In this document: in pieces, positions 43,589 to 53,723 of the stretch | Numbering within the stretch: the stretch's first letter is position 1 | Layout of the letters: each line of letters begins with the position of its first letter | Source of the DNA: Thermoproteota archaeon | GTDB taxonomy: Archaea; Thermoproteota; Bathyarchaeia; Bathyarchaeales; Bathyarchaeaceae | Direction: 5' to 3' | NCBI GenBank assembly: GCA_042565955.1 | Contig: JBHORG010000006.1 | Span: forward strand, 9,087-73,086 | Length of the DNA: 64,000 nucleotides | Position numbers and translations under genes: made by a program | Notes under the pieces: model-generated | Seen by the model: only the letters and a program-made list of their open reading frames with translations | What the model was told of the DNA's origin: nothing | The model's database searches: none

Positions 43589-46323
43589 TGTTTTCTGAGT
43601 ATCAGATAGGTAGCTAGGCCTATGATGGCTGCTATGATAACGGCTGCTATGAGGGCTATTTCTGGGGTAATTAAGGCCCCTTCCACTATTCCTTGTGGTC
43701 CTGTTTCTCCTTGAGGTCCCGCGGGTCCTGTATCTCCTGTAGATCCTGTAGCTCCTGTAGGTCCTGTTGCTCCTTGATTTCCTGAAGGTCCTGTAGCTCC
43801 TGTAGGTCCTGGTTCTCCTTGTGGTCCCGGTGATGGTTCTGCACCTACTGTAACCCAGGCTACAGCTTGTGAGCTAGCATATGATGAGTCTCCCTCAAAG
43901 GAGGCAATAATCTGGTAGGTACCCTCTTCTGTTGGAGTCCATGATTTACCAAATGTACCAGAATACCCTTCAGTTGTAACTGTACCAATGTTAACATAAG
44001 AGCCATCGTCAGCAATCGCGCTTAACATCACTGGAACTCCTTCAATTATTTCATCGCCCCAAAGTCCGCCAATTGGCATCTGCATATGCAAGTACTCCAT
44101 TTGAGTATCCATCGAAGCTACGGATACACATGGAGTACCAGGCTGAGCAGGAGACATGTCAAGAACTGAACCAGTTACGATGATAGGAGTGCCTTTTGGT
44201 ACGCCAATAGTTGGTGCTGTTACAGACGTCTCACTCTTTCCTGGGCCGTAACCAAAGACATACCCAAGATAAGCGTTGCCCGCTACGAGATAACCATCTG
44301 CAACCGCATAAGGAGTTGTACATCCCAGCATATCCCAGACAGCTTCACCTGTAAATACATCGATAGCGTGTAAACTCCATCCTCTCGTTACAGGCCAGCT
44401 TTCTGTGTGCTCATAGTTCCAGGTAAAGAATTTACCATCAGCAATGATACCACCGACTCCAAAAGAGTAGAATGGCATAACCGTGTTACCTTCTGTTCCA
44501 GTGTATGGAGTTTCATATACAGCCTTGGCTTCTGCTTCGTACTTCCAGGCAATACTTCCGTCGTCCCAGTCATAAGCGTAGACACCGTCCATAGATTCTC
44601 TGAATATATAACCGTAAGCGGACATCGCAGAGTAAGCTCCGAATCCAGCTTGTGCCCAAGGATAGTCCATCGTCTCGCCTTTCCATGCTAGATTTCCTGT
44701 GGCAAGATCATATGCCAAGTAATAGCCTTTTGCTGAAAGGATAGCAACTTTTCCGTGGTCAACAATAGAACATGAACCGCTGTATTGAGGTTCACCCATA
44801 ACTTCTTTTTCCCATAACTCTTCGCCTGTCCACAAGTCATAGCCTCTAATCCGTTGTCCAGTACGCACCTGTGCTTCAGTAATTCCTTGCACAGTAGCAC
44901 CTAGACCAACATTATAGTCGATGTAGCTGGGTAGACTGCTTCGTGCATAGCTTGTATTGCTTACTATTCTGTTATTGAAGTTGTTGGTGCTTCCTTGTGT
45001 GGTCCATTTGATCAAACGATAGCGTTCCTCAGAGGGTATACTGTTTCCAAGGTTTTGCACGGTCAACGCCAATGATTGTGTGTCACGGCCTATAGTGTTC
45101 TGGTAGAAGACAGCGGAGTTAATACCATCTGCTAGCGATATATTATTTGTCAGTTCTCCAGACCATTCGTCCCACTTATACAGCCTTCCGCCTGATATTC
45201 TGATAAGACTCACTGAATATGTTCCAGCGGCTGCGGCACCTGGCACTTCTTCAAATGATGGAGGAGTATACTCTACAATTTCAGGGACTAGACCTTGAAG
45301 ACTCGTACCAAAGAAGAAGCCTGCGACTTCAACCAATGGTGGTTCAAATTCCCAAAACACTTCTCCGGTTCGAACGTCGTAACATCGGAAGTATGTTGTT
45401 CCATCGGTTCCTGGTTTCTCGTATGTGTCATAAACTCTTCCAGCATAGATTATATCTGGAGAGGGCAAACTACCACCTAATCCGCCTCCTGCAGTGCTTC
45501 CATATTGTGTTGCTTGGCCACCGATCATACCCGCTAGGCCTTCTTGTTTTTTCCAGGCAATGTGTGCACTGTTTGGTCCTTGCACCCATGGAGTAAATTT
45601 GTGTCTTGGACTCCAGCGTGGATTTGTGTCAGGATAATCTGTATCCCAGTTTGGATCGACTGATCCATCATATCCGTCACTGGGCCAGGCTCCTAGAACT
45701 GGCCACCAGTCTCTATGCTCTACCGCCACTGGACGTTCCCAGTAACCGGTTGGAGGTCCGGGTTCAGGCCAAGAATACACTATGTCTTCCTGTACGGTAA
45801 GTGTTAGGTCTCCAGACGTTGATGGTCTATAGTATGATGAGTCAATATATGTTTGACCACCTCCAAAGAATCCTATACCAACATATGTTCCGTTTGGGTA
45901 ATAGGTTCCAAGGAAGTCAAACCTGAGGGTCCAGTCACCAACCTCATCAGCAATCCATTCGAACCATGCTGTTGCGTCCGCATGATATGAGTCAATTGTA
46001 AAAACAGTCTCAGCTCCACTGGGTTTCGTGATTGTTACGGTATAATCTAAATGTTGTCGACCTGAATAGGTTGCGGGTGTAGTCCATAAGTTAACTAGGA
46101 AGATTTGGTTGAGTCCTATAGGATTAGGTCTATAACTAAGATGTGCAGTGGTATCTATTGTTACTGAGGGAGTAAGACCTGGTGCCAGTGGTCCAGGAAC
46201 ACCTCCTGCATCTTGTATTTCTTGGGCTTGAAGTTGAGGTATTATTAGCATAAATGTTGAGATTATTAAAATAGCCGTAATGGTTGTTGCGGTTAATTTT
46301 GTTTTGTTTATTGAAATATTCAT
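43585..46323 (-). CDS. large surface protein paralogue with PQQ-like beta-propeller and collagen-like GXY stalk before the C-terminal TM anchor
   Basis: 912 aa; [12 protein letters not shown] signal/anchor; same domain order as 39559-42192. By eye the C-terminal Ig-like region is much more conserved than the N-terminus. 15 GXY triplets, then [24 protein letters not shown]. Confidence 0.8.
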   Translation of the reverse strand: MNISINKTKLTATTITAILIISTFMLIIPQLQAQEIQDAGGVPGPLAPGLTPSVTIDTTAHLSYRPNPIGLNQIFLVNLWTTPATYSGRQHLDYTVTITKPSGAETVFTIDSYHADATAWFEWIADEVGDWTLRFDFLGTYYPNGTYVGIGFFGGGQTYIDSSYYRPSTSGDLTLTVQEDIVYSWPEPGPPTGYWERPVAVEHRDWWPVLGAWPSDGYDGSVDPNWDTDYPDTNPRWSPRHKFTPWVQGPNSAHIAWKKQEGLAGMIGGQATQYGSTAGGGLGGSLPSPDIIYAGRVYDTYEKPGTDGTTYFRCYDVRTGEVFWEFEPPLVEVAGFFFGTSLQGLVPEIVEYTPPSFEEVPGAAAAGTYSVSLIRISGGRLYKWDEWSGELTNNISLADGINSAVFYQNTIGRDTQSLALTVQNLGNSIPSEERYRLIKWTTQGSTNNFNNRIVSNTSYARSSLPSYIDYNVGLGATVQGITEAQVRTGQRIRGYDLWTGEELWEKEVMGEPQYSGSCSIVDHGKVAILSAKGYYLAYDLATGNLAWKGETMDYPWAQAGFGAYSAMSAYGYIFRESMDGVYAYDWDDGSIAWKYEAEAKAVYETPYTGTEGNTVMPFYSFGVGGIIADGKFFTWNYEHTESWPVTRGWSLHAIDVFTGEAVWDMLGCTTPYAVADGYLVAGNAYLGYVFGYGPGKSETSVTAPTIGVPKGTPIIVTGSVLDMSPAQPGTPCVSVASMDTQMEYLHMQMPIGGLWGDEIIEGVPVMLSAIADDGSYVNIGTVTTEGYSGTFGKSWTPTEEGTYQIIASFEGDSSYASSQAVAWVTVGAEPSPGPQGEPGPTGATGPSGNQGATGPTGATGSTGDTGPAGPQGETGPQGIVEGALITPEIALIAAVIIAAIIGLATYLILRKQ
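43690..43827 (-). repeat. collagen-like (Gly-X-Y)x15 coding repeat
   Basis: [46 protein letters not shown]; the DNA shows 9-nt periodic cctgtagctcctgtaggtcctg units. Confidence 0.85.
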
Positions 46324-46417
46324 TTTTTTTTCTTTCCTTTTTTTGTTTTTTCGTTTTTTGGGGAAAATTAAATAAAAAATCTAATCATCCCCCATAGAGT
46401 TCTGTATTAATGTAAAC

Positions 46418-46457
46418 CATATTTAACAATATGAGTGTCAGCCCCTGACTGACAAAT
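46418..46457 (-). promoter_or_regulatory. conserved promoter-region element of surface-protein gene 2
   Basis: Minus sense: TTGTCAGTCAGGGGCTGACACTCATATTGTTAAATATG; palindrome GTCAG..CTGAC upstream of TTAAATAT, about 96 nt before the ATG. Confidence 0.4.
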
Positions 46458-46684
46458 ATTAAATTCAAAAATGTTAAGTTAGACCTGCGTTATAGGAATT
46501 TTTTTTACCTTTTATTTTCTTACCCCATTACTTCCTCAACATCGTTACAGAAACTTTATTTCTCTACGAAGAGGTTATATGGAATTTGTTATAGTGAAGA
46601 AGAGCCTCAGAATAAATCTCTCAGAAATTCCTGACTTGATTTATTAATGAGAATAGAACTCGTCTGTAACCGACCAACATATCA

Positions 46685-46760
46685 AGCCCGGTGGTGTAGC
46701 GGTCAATCATGGAGGGCTCTGGATCCTCTGACGGGAGTTCGAATCTCCCCCGGGCTACCA
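46685..46760 (+). tRNA. tRNA-Gln (anticodon CUG) with encoded CCA
   Basis: Manual cloverleaf: acceptor AGCCCGG/CCGGGCU, anticodon stem GAGGG/UCCUC with loop CUCUGGA, T-arm GGGAG-UUCGAAU-CUCCC, discriminator A, CCA. Confidence 0.85.
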
Positions 46761-47174
46761 CTACATATGTTTTAGAATACTTTCCCCATTTTTTCTTCTT
46801 TTAATCGTTTGAGGATCTTCTATTTTACCGAATGTGCGTCTTCTCTGATGAATGTTCTTAGAGATAAAGTAGTTTACGATTTTGTCAAAGAAAATATTGA
46901 AATGATTGTTACTAACGCACCGAAGATCCTGAGAGATGAAATACCGTATCTCATTATTGCAGCACTCCATGAAACCTTCAGGAAACCAACGATTTGGGCA
47001 TTAAGGAAAAGACTTTCCTGAAAAATATACAAAAACATCCAAGTTGGTCTGTCGGCGCACTAGATGGTTCTCATATAGACACAGTATCGTCTTGATCCTT
47101 TATTCTGATTTAACAAGAGGCTTTAAAAGGGAATACATTCATCATAAACAGCACAAACAACGGAGAAACTAGAA

Positions 47175-47471
47175 ATGAGCAATAAATCTAACGACTCGAA
47201 AATAATATTTGTAGGAAGAAAACTTCCCATGGATTATGTATTAGCTATCGTAACTGCTTTCAGCGAATCAAACGTAAAAGAAGCTACCGTGAAAGCAAGA
47301 GGACGATCAATAACAACAGCGGTCGATGCCGTCGAAATAGCTCGACGTAAATTCGTAAAGGAAATGATAGTAGACAATGTAACCATCGGAACCGATGAGA
47401 TGCCACCGAGGGAAGGAGAAAGCAACTCAAGGAATATTTCAACAATCGAAATCACCTTAAAACGAAGTTAG
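47175..47471 (+). CDS. albA: Alba chromatin/RNA-binding protein
   Basis: IFVGRKLPMDYVLAIVTAF...VKARGRSITTAVDAVEIARRKF...STIEITL matches the Alba consensus. Confidence 0.9.
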   Translation: MSNKSNDSKIIFVGRKLPMDYVLAIVTAFSESNVKEATVKARGRSITTAVDAVEIARRKFVKEMIVDNVTIGTDEMPPREGESNSRNISTIEITLKRS

Positions 47472-47482
47472 ACGACAACATT

Positions 47483-47515
47483 ATCAGCACACTTTTTACA
47501 GTGTGATGATTTTTC
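47483..47515 (+). terminator. hairpin plus T-run downstream of albA
   Basis: ATCAGCACACT-TTTTAC-AGTGTGATGAT followed by TTTT, 12 nt after the stop. Confidence 0.5.
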
Positions 47516-47786
47516 GTGCTATTTCTAAAGGGTTGAATTTGAGGGCACTCCACGTAATTGATATTCAATACGTCCAAGCTTTAAATGTAGAAATTACCGG
47601 TAGACACACACTAAACACTGAATAGCTAATCCGTAAGTCTTTACCCTAGTTGTTTATCCCTAGTCGAGTTCTAGGCCTTAGATAATGTTCATTTGAATGT
47701 ACAAAAAAAATAGAACAATAGCACCTAAAATCGTATTAGATAGTAACTTTACTTGTTATCTTAATAACTAGCTGATACTAACTCTC

Positions 47787-48272
47787 TTAATGTTGTTCAA
47801 TGAAATCTATTATACATTTTTTTGAATCACAACATATTTGAGATTTGAACTCAAACTTCATTGAGTTGGCAAGTTCAGAAATCCAGGCTTGATATTCATT
47901 AATGCAAACAGTTTTTCCAATAATTCTAGAAAGGTGTTTTCTCCCACTTTTGATCATCAAATTATGCCAAGGGCAATCGTCAATTTTTATCCGAAATCCA
48001 TTCTCAGTTTTTTCTGAAGTAAATCTGAAACCTTCAATCTCAAGTTTTGTTACAAGGCTTTCAAAAAGAACATTTGGATTATTTTCATGTCCCAAGAATA
48101 CTTTCATCATTCTAGCTTGAATCTTTCCCATTACCGTCCATACTTCAGCATCTATCTCAAAAGCTGAATCAAAACCATATTTTTTTTCAACTTTCATAAA
48201 CCATAGTCCATCAACAGCCTTGTAGCTACGATTAAAATAATCGACGATCTGTTGCTTATTCAATTTATTCAT
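47787..48272 (-). CDS. hypothetical Cys-containing protein (ATC-hydrolase/V4R-like pattern)
   Basis: 161 aa; FRIKIDDCPWH...VCINEYQAWISEL...ICCDSKKCIIDF resembles the Cys module at the end of the N-terminal half of the 30575 radical SAM protein. Confidence 0.45.
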   Translation of the reverse strand: MNKLNKQQIVDYFNRSYKAVDGLWFMKVEKKYGFDSAFEIDAEVWTVMGKIQARMMKVFLGHENNPNVLFESLVTKLEIEGFRFTSEKTENGFRIKIDDCPWHNLMIKSGRKHLSRIIGKTVCINEYQAWISELANSMKFEFKSQICCDSKKCIIDFIEQH

Positions 48273-48398
48273 ATAACAACACTCATCTCTTAGAAATTAC
48301 TAAGTACAAATTAGAATTTTTAAAAATATACCTTAAAAATTTATTGATAGAAAGCATCCATAAGTAACTACTGGAACTTTAGTAGAAAGATAGAAGCG

Positions 48399-49793
48399 TT
48401 AATTAATTTTGTTCATTCTGTATCTCTTGGCGTGGATAGCTGAAACAGTTTCTCCAACCTGATCTTCGTCAACTACCAAAATAATTTGGGATGTATGAGG
48501 AGCAAAGATTCCTCGTTTAATGTTTATTTGAGGTATCGCGCCGATGGCAATTGACGCAACCCCAGAAGAGTACTTCATACCATCTCCAATAATAGTAACC
48601 ACACCCACGCCATACTCTATCGTTAGCTCTTTATCAAACCCTTTAAGTCGTTCCTCATTTTTTCTAAGAAAATCTGAATCTAAAAACAGAAAATCACGGA
48701 TTCGCTTTCCAGTTTCAAATGTTTCAGTACCCAAATCCAGAAAATCATTACAGTTTTCCCAGATTCTCAAAGCATCCTCAAATGATCTGCTGTTTTTATC
48801 ATCCATCGAAAGAATTGAGCAACCCGATTTTCCAGTAACACATTTCACGGTTTGACTTGGAATACTTGCGGCTTCAATTAATGTAAAATCCTCAGGCCTA
48901 GCTATCGACATGACATTTATTGGTTGCTTGAATCGTTTTGCCAACGAAATTGCATCGCCTTGAACGATTTTCATTCCCATCTTAGATGCTTTATGAGCCT
49001 CATTGTATGAAAGAGAAAGAAGATGCTCAGTCGTCTGACCTTTGACCATTTTTGGATCTGCACTTTGAACGGGCATTTCCTTAAATAAAATAGTTTCAAC
49101 ATCATATTTTTGCTTCAATAAACATGAAACAAAAACTGCGGAAAGATCAGAACCACCTCTTCCAAGAATTGTTTCTAATCCATCATTTGTTATTCCAAGA
49201 AATCCTCCCAGAACAATTATTTTTCCAGCTTCAAGCGAATCAATGAGCGGCTGAGTTTTAGCTGTACTTAACTCATATTTTGGTGTAGCGTTTTCGAAGT
49301 TATCATCTGTTACAATTGGCCATTCTTCCTTAGTTATGTGACAAGAGTTTAGACCGTTGCTTCTCAGAATATAATCCATTAATGTTGAAGTTGGTAATTC
49401 ACCACCATGGGTTAGAACTTTTGCTTTCGTAGTTCCATGAAAGCGCTTATTTATCATTACCACAGATTCATCTAGTTGCTGGCGATATTTTTTTAGTTCA
49501 TCCATAACCTGTCTGAAAAGTTGACCTTTAACATATTTCTTAGCTAAGTTTTCGTAAATGTCAAAGATGAATTCGAACGGACGCGGTTTAGACTCTGTGC
49601 ATGATTTACCTATCTTGATGAGTTCATCTGTTACTCCGTTTGGTGCTGAAAAAACAACTATTGGACCTAAATCCCTATGATTATTAAGGGTAGTAATACT
49701 ATCTAAAATAGCTTGAATAGTTTCGCCCTTATCGCTTAATAGGCTCCCCCCAAATTTCGCAATTGAAAGAGTTCTGATATTCTTCACCCGCAA
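48399..49793 (-). CDS. aspartate kinase (amino-acid kinase domain plus C-terminal ACT domains)
   Basis: TTG start; IAKFGGSLLSD, VFSAPNGVTDELI, GRGGSDLSA, C-terminal VTIIGDGM..GVASIAIGAI ACT-like repeats. Confidence 0.75.
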   Translation of the reverse strand: MRVKNIRTLSIAKFGGSLLSDKGETIQAILDSITTLNNHRDLGPIVVFSAPNGVTDELIKIGKSCTESKPRPFEFIFDIYENLAKKYVKGQLFRQVMDELKKYRQQLDESVVMINKRFHGTTKAKVLTHGGELPTSTLMDYILRSNGLNSCHITKEEWPIVTDDNFENATPKYELSTAKTQPLIDSLEAGKIIVLGGFLGITNDGLETILGRGGSDLSAVFVSCLLKQKYDVETILFKEMPVQSADPKMVKGQTTEHLLSLSYNEAHKASKMGMKIVQGDAISLAKRFKQPINVMSIARPEDFTLIEAASIPSQTVKCVTGKSGCSILSMDDKNSRSFEDALRIWENCNDFLDLGTETFETGKRIRDFLFLDSDFLRKNEERLKGFDKELTIEYGVGVVTIIGDGMKYSSGVASIAIGAIPQINIKRGIFAPHTSQIILVVDEDQVGETVSAIHAKRYRMNKIN

Positions 49794-49869
49794 TTACAGC
49801 TAACTGGAACCTGATAAGATTTTAAGCCTTTTTGTGTAAGTGAGATCAGTAGGAACATGTATAATATTT

Positions 49870-50250
49870 TTATATCTTTTTGTCGGGACGAATTTTATAC
49901 GCTAATCCAGAAAACAAAGCCACATCTTTGTCCTCTTTCTTGATTGTTACACTACACAATGTTAAACTTTTTCCATCTGAAACAGTTGTTGCCTCAGCAG
50001 TCAAAATGTCACCTTCAGAAGTTGGTCGCAAATAGTTTATGCTTACTTGAATAGCTACTGCTTGTCTTTTGCCAAAATTTACGGCTTCGGCAAAGGCACA
50101 ATCAGCTAATGCAAATAGAACTCCACCATGTGTAAATCCATGAGCGTTTGTATGTTTTGTTGTTATTTCTAATGACATTTTGGCGTAGCCATCTCGTATT
50201 TCATCAACTTTGATTTCCAAATGTTCTCTAAAAAGATCGGATCCAATCAC
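49870..50250 (-). CDS. PaaI/hotdog-fold acyl-CoA thioesterase
   Basis: NAHGFTHGGVLFALADCAFAEA motif typical of PaaI-family thioesterases; 126 aa. Confidence 0.8.
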   Translation of the reverse strand: MIGSDLFREHLEIKVDEIRDGYAKMSLEITTKHTNAHGFTHGGVLFALADCAFAEAVNFGKRQAVAIQVSINYLRPTSEGDILTAEATTVSDGKSLTLCSVTIKKEDKDVALFSGLAYKIRPDKKI

Positions 50251-50252
50251 TT

Positions 50253-51284
50253 TTAATCACTTTGGAATAATTCTTTTCGCATATATAGATATGTTCTATG
50301 CAGTAGTGAGGTCACACCTTTTGGTAGGAAAACAACTACGATAACCAGAAAGATACCCAGTCCCAGTAACCTAACTGGTGGTCCAACATTACTTACTAAT
50401 GGGAATAGGGGACTAAGAGTTACTTGCAGAGCACCATCAATATTGGGGAGAATTGTGTCCACAAAGACCATTATAACTGAACCAATTATTGGACCTTCGA
50501 TTGTACCAAGTCCGCCAATAACCGACATCATCAATGGCTGAAAAGAATTATCTGCAGCAAAAATTGTGATACTAATGTATCTAAGGAAGTGTGAATATAT
50601 TGCCCCAGCCAGTCCAGCGAGGAATGTACTGATTACAAAAGCATATAGTTTGTATTTGGCAATGTTTATTCCAATCATACTCGCTTCTGCTGCATTTTGG
50701 TGGATTGCCCTAAAGGCTAATCCAATTTTTGATTTCATTATGAAATATATCAAAACTATAGTTACGATGCTTATTAAGACCGCAAAATAATAGAATGGTA
50801 ATCCTGAGGTTACAAGGAATGGTGTTCTAAAGCCCATAACTGCATGAGTAACATCATCAAACTGGCTAAACAAAGTTTCAGCAATAATTGCAAATCCGAA
50901 AGTCACCATTCCTAGGAACCATGCTTCGAGTCTTACGCATGTAATACCTACCAAAAAGCCGATTCCTGCAGAGAATCCAGCTCCAATAAACATTCCAATC
51001 AAAGGAGGTATACCAAAATATATTGCAAGTAGTGATGAGGTGAATCCTCCTATCCCCAAGAATGCTGCGTGCCCCAATGAACCCTGCCCAGAACTGGCTA
51101 ATAGATTCCAGCTTGATGAATATATTATAAAGATTGCTATCAACGTAAAAATACGGATCATGTAACTTCCAGTTATAATAATAGGAATTACCAATGAAGC
51201 TACCAACATAAGTAGTGCAATTCTTCCTTTTGCTGATTGGAATATCTTGAGAATGCTTTCTTTCAATAAATCACTCGTGAACAT
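50253..51284 (-). CDS. livM: branched-chain amino-acid-type ABC transporter permease (LivM-like)
   Basis: 343 aa, about 9 TM; SWNLLASSGQGSLGHAAFLGIGGF motif of LivM-type permeases. Confidence 0.85.
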   Translation of the reverse strand: MFTSDLLKESILKIFQSAKGRIALLMLVASLVIPIIITGSYMIRIFTLIAIFIIYSSSWNLLASSGQGSLGHAAFLGIGGFTSSLLAIYFGIPPLIGMFIGAGFSAGIGFLVGITCVRLEAWFLGMVTFGFAIIAETLFSQFDDVTHAVMGFRTPFLVTSGLPFYYFAVLISIVTIVLIYFIMKSKIGLAFRAIHQNAAEASMIGINIAKYKLYAFVISTFLAGLAGAIYSHFLRYISITIFAADNSFQPLMMSVIGGLGTIEGPIIGSVIMVFVDTILPNIDGALQVTLSPLFPLVSNVGPPVRLLGLGIFLVIVVVFLPKGVTSLLHRTYLYMRKELFQSD

Positions 51285-52160
51285 TTAGTCACTCTTCTCT
51301 CCAAAAAGTCCTTTTGGTTTAAAGATGAGAACAATTATAAGAAGTGCAAATGCAACAGCGTCTCTCCAAATGCTCCCAAGAAAAATAACTGCGGATTGTT
51401 CGGCGATTCCGTAAAGTAATCCCCCTATTATTGCTCCCGGTATACTTCCTAATCCACCTAAAATTATGATAGCAAATGCTTTGATGGTTGGTAATGCTCC
51501 AATATATGGATTGAAAGGAAAGATTATACCATAAAGTGCACCTGCAGCCCCAGCTAATGCAGCACCTAAAGCAAAAGTGAAAATGTAAATATGTTCAATG
51601 TTTATTCCCATTAACATCGAAGCTTGACTTTTTTGACTAGTTGCCCTCATTGCCATACCAATTTTCGTTTTCCTAATTAAAAACATCAACCCAACGAGTA
51701 TGACAGCAACAAACACTAAAGCGATTAGCCAATCAAATCTTATGTGGGCGTCACCCAGCGATAGACTCATATTCTGAAAAGGGCTGTCAATTCCTTTACT
51801 CTTTTCACCCCAAACCAAAACAGCAATGTTGTCAAAAATCAAAATTAATCCAAGGCTAACAAAAATTTCGTTAAGTTTGTTTGATCCTAATACCTTTCTA
51901 AAACCGAGTCTTTCAACAACTATGCCAATCAATGCAACTACGCCCATAGATATGAAAACTGCAATGAAAGGATTGATTCCAAGAGTTGTGGTTACTGAGA
52001 AGCTTACGTAAGCTCCTATCATTAGGAGTTCACCGTGAGCAAAATTAACCAATTTCATTACGCCAAAAATTAGATTTAATCCAGTAGCAAGTAGAATATA
52101 TATGCAACCTATTGCAACTCCCCACATCAGAGTTAGAATCAGAGTTGACGCGTTAAACAT
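51285..52160 (-). CDS. livH: branched-chain amino-acid-type ABC transporter permease (LivH-like)
   Basis: 291 aa; LIFGVMKLVNFAHGELLMIGAY motif of LivH-type permeases. Confidence 0.85.
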   Translation of the reverse strand: MFNASTLILTLMWGVAIGCIYILLATGLNLIFGVMKLVNFAHGELLMIGAYVSFSVTTTLGINPFIAVFISMGVVALIGIVVERLGFRKVLGSNKLNEIFVSLGLILIFDNIAVLVWGEKSKGIDSPFQNMSLSLGDAHIRFDWLIALVFVAVILVGLMFLIRKTKIGMAMRATSQKSQASMLMGINIEHIYIFTFALGAALAGAAGALYGIIFPFNPYIGALPTIKAFAIIILGGLGSIPGAIIGGLLYGIAEQSAVIFLGSIWRDAVAFALLIIVLIFKPKGLFGEKSD

Positions 52161-52288
52161 TTGATTTTCATCCGTGAATTTAGCGATATTCTAATTAAAA
52201 TTTCCGTTATCGGAATAATTTAAGAGGAAAACAGAAAACAAAGAAAAAAGGATGGTTGGGAAGTTCCGTTTGACTATTAAAGTCATTC

Positions 52289-53710
52289 TCATGGACTTCC
52301 TGGTTCGTAATTGTCGGGAAGCACAAAATCTGTCTGTTTTATTATACCAACAATCGGAGCAGTTTCCGGCCAGATTACTTTGGGTCTGCATTCTAGTAAT
52401 GTTTCATTATAGAAGAGCTGTTCCACAAAAGTAATCGGAGCAATCTCGTGGTATGATTCCGCTGCAGTGCTGAACTCGATTTTTCCGTTTTCAGTCATAA
52501 TTAGCATTTGATCCAAACTGGTTGATTCTATGGCGTTTCTGATGTCACTTTTGTCTAATGTTCCAGCTCTTTCAATTGCATCCTTAGCTATGTAGAATGC
52601 GTCGTATGTGTCTGCGCCCATCATTCCTGGTACCTGACCATATTTATCTTCATAGTCAGCAACATATTGATCCATCATTGGTAAATAGAATGGTGGTCCC
52701 GCATAAGAGGCAAATTTTGATTCAAGTAGTTGTCCATCACCTAATTCTCCTAATGCGGTGTAAAATTCTGGTTCTTCACATGCTTCAACAGCAATATAAA
52801 CTGTATTTAGTCCAACATCGGTTTGTCCTTGTTTGTATATAGTTGCGGTATTGGTGGTGAAGTCTACTACATATACTGCATCTGGTTCAGCAGCTTTTAT
52901 TTTTGTGAGTTCTGCTTGGAAAGTTGTTGTCGTTGTTGGATAATTTTGTTCAGCGACAACATCTATTGGTAGATTATTAGTTTCTATAAAATGATTGGTT
53001 GCATCCCAAACTCCTTGTCCATATGCATCATCACGGTATAATACTGCAAGTCTTAGATTTCGGTTAGTATTGTATTGATTATCAAGTAAAGGTTTCATTG
53101 CTTCAGCAAAGAAATAGGCTACCGTTTTTGAATAATGGAAAGTGGTTGTACAATAATGGAACATGTAACTCATTCCTTCTGCGTCATCGATCCGTAATGG
53201 GTGGGCGTCTGGAAGACCTCCATAGTTTGCTTGTGGTCCTCTTCGAGTAACAAGATGACTTGAAGCACCAGTTATAATGAATGGAACACGAGCTTCTATA
53301 GCGTGAACTTGTCCTGCGAGGGTAGCTCCGCTTCCGAATCCTCCAATAAGAAGGGTAATGTTTTCTTGAGTAACTAGTCGTGAGACTTCATTTCCAGAAG
53401 CATCTGGATTTGCATTCTCGGAATTTCCCGTTATTAGCTCAATGTTGAACGTGCTATCTAAAGACGATACGTAAATCCCTCCTCCAGAATTAATTTCTTC
53501 AACAGCCATTCTAGCAGCGCGGTCCATGTCTTGTCCAACTGGTATTTGGTATGGTGCAATAAGACCTATTTTGATCGTGTCTCTTGCTGGTGGTGCGATT
53601 ATTAACCAAGTAGCTATACCTCCAATGATTACAATCGCAATAACAATTACGGCAAGTAATTTAGTATTTACCATCTTAGTTTCCTCTAACTTCGTTAGTA
53701 TTGCATTCAA
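52289..53710 (-). CDS. ABC transporter substrate-binding protein (type I PBP, Leu/Ile/Val/aromatic family) with N-terminal membrane anchor
   Basis: TM LLAVIVIAIVIIGGIATWLII, then IKIGLIAPYQIPVG..., typical of LivJ/K-like binding proteins; the start may be ATG 53674. Confidence 0.75.
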   Translation of the reverse strand: MNAILTKLEETKMVNTKLLAVIVIAIVIIGGIATWLIIAPPARDTIKIGLIAPYQIPVGQDMDRAARMAVEEINSGGGIYVSSLDSTFNIELITGNSENANPDASGNEVSRLVTQENITLLIGGFGSGATLAGQVHAIEARVPFIITGASSHLVTRRGPQANYGGLPDAHPLRIDDAEGMSYMFHYCTTTFHYSKTVAYFFAEAMKPLLDNQYNTNRNLRLAVLYRDDAYGQGVWDATNHFIETNNLPIDVVAEQNYPTTTTTFQAELTKIKAAEPDAVYVVDFTTNTATIYKQGQTDVGLNTVYIAVEACEEPEFYTALGELGDGQLLESKFASYAGPPFYLPMMDQYVADYEDKYGQVPGMMGADTYDAFYIAKDAIERAGTLDKSDIRNAIESTSLDQMLIMTENGKIEFSTAAESYHEIAPITFVEQLFYNETLLECRPKVIWPETAPIVGIIKQTDFVLPDNYEPGSP

Positions 53711-53723
53711 AGTATTAATAAAA

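Larger units (their letters stand above)
36309..46684. mobile_element. integrase-associated accessory island (boundaries not defined)
   Basis: Tyrosine recombinase at the left edge, integrase-tail remnants at 39137-39400 and about 43400-43444, duplicated surface-protein modules, small orphan ORFs, tRNA-Gln at the right edge. No flanking direct repeats found by eye. Confidence 0.35.

Noticed and set aside
40037-45800. Numerous 60-125-aa ORFs on both strands inside the two large surface-protein genes (for example 41526-41852 and 45219-45596)
   Set aside because: They are overlapping or antisense frames of clearly coding genes. No motifs were seen, and their composition is driven by the Gly/Pro/Thr-rich sense frame.
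46761-47021. ORFs 46809-47021 (+) and 46761-46970 (-) right after tRNA-Gln
   Set aside because: They are overlapping alternatives with no recognisable motif. One could be real, but nothing favours either.
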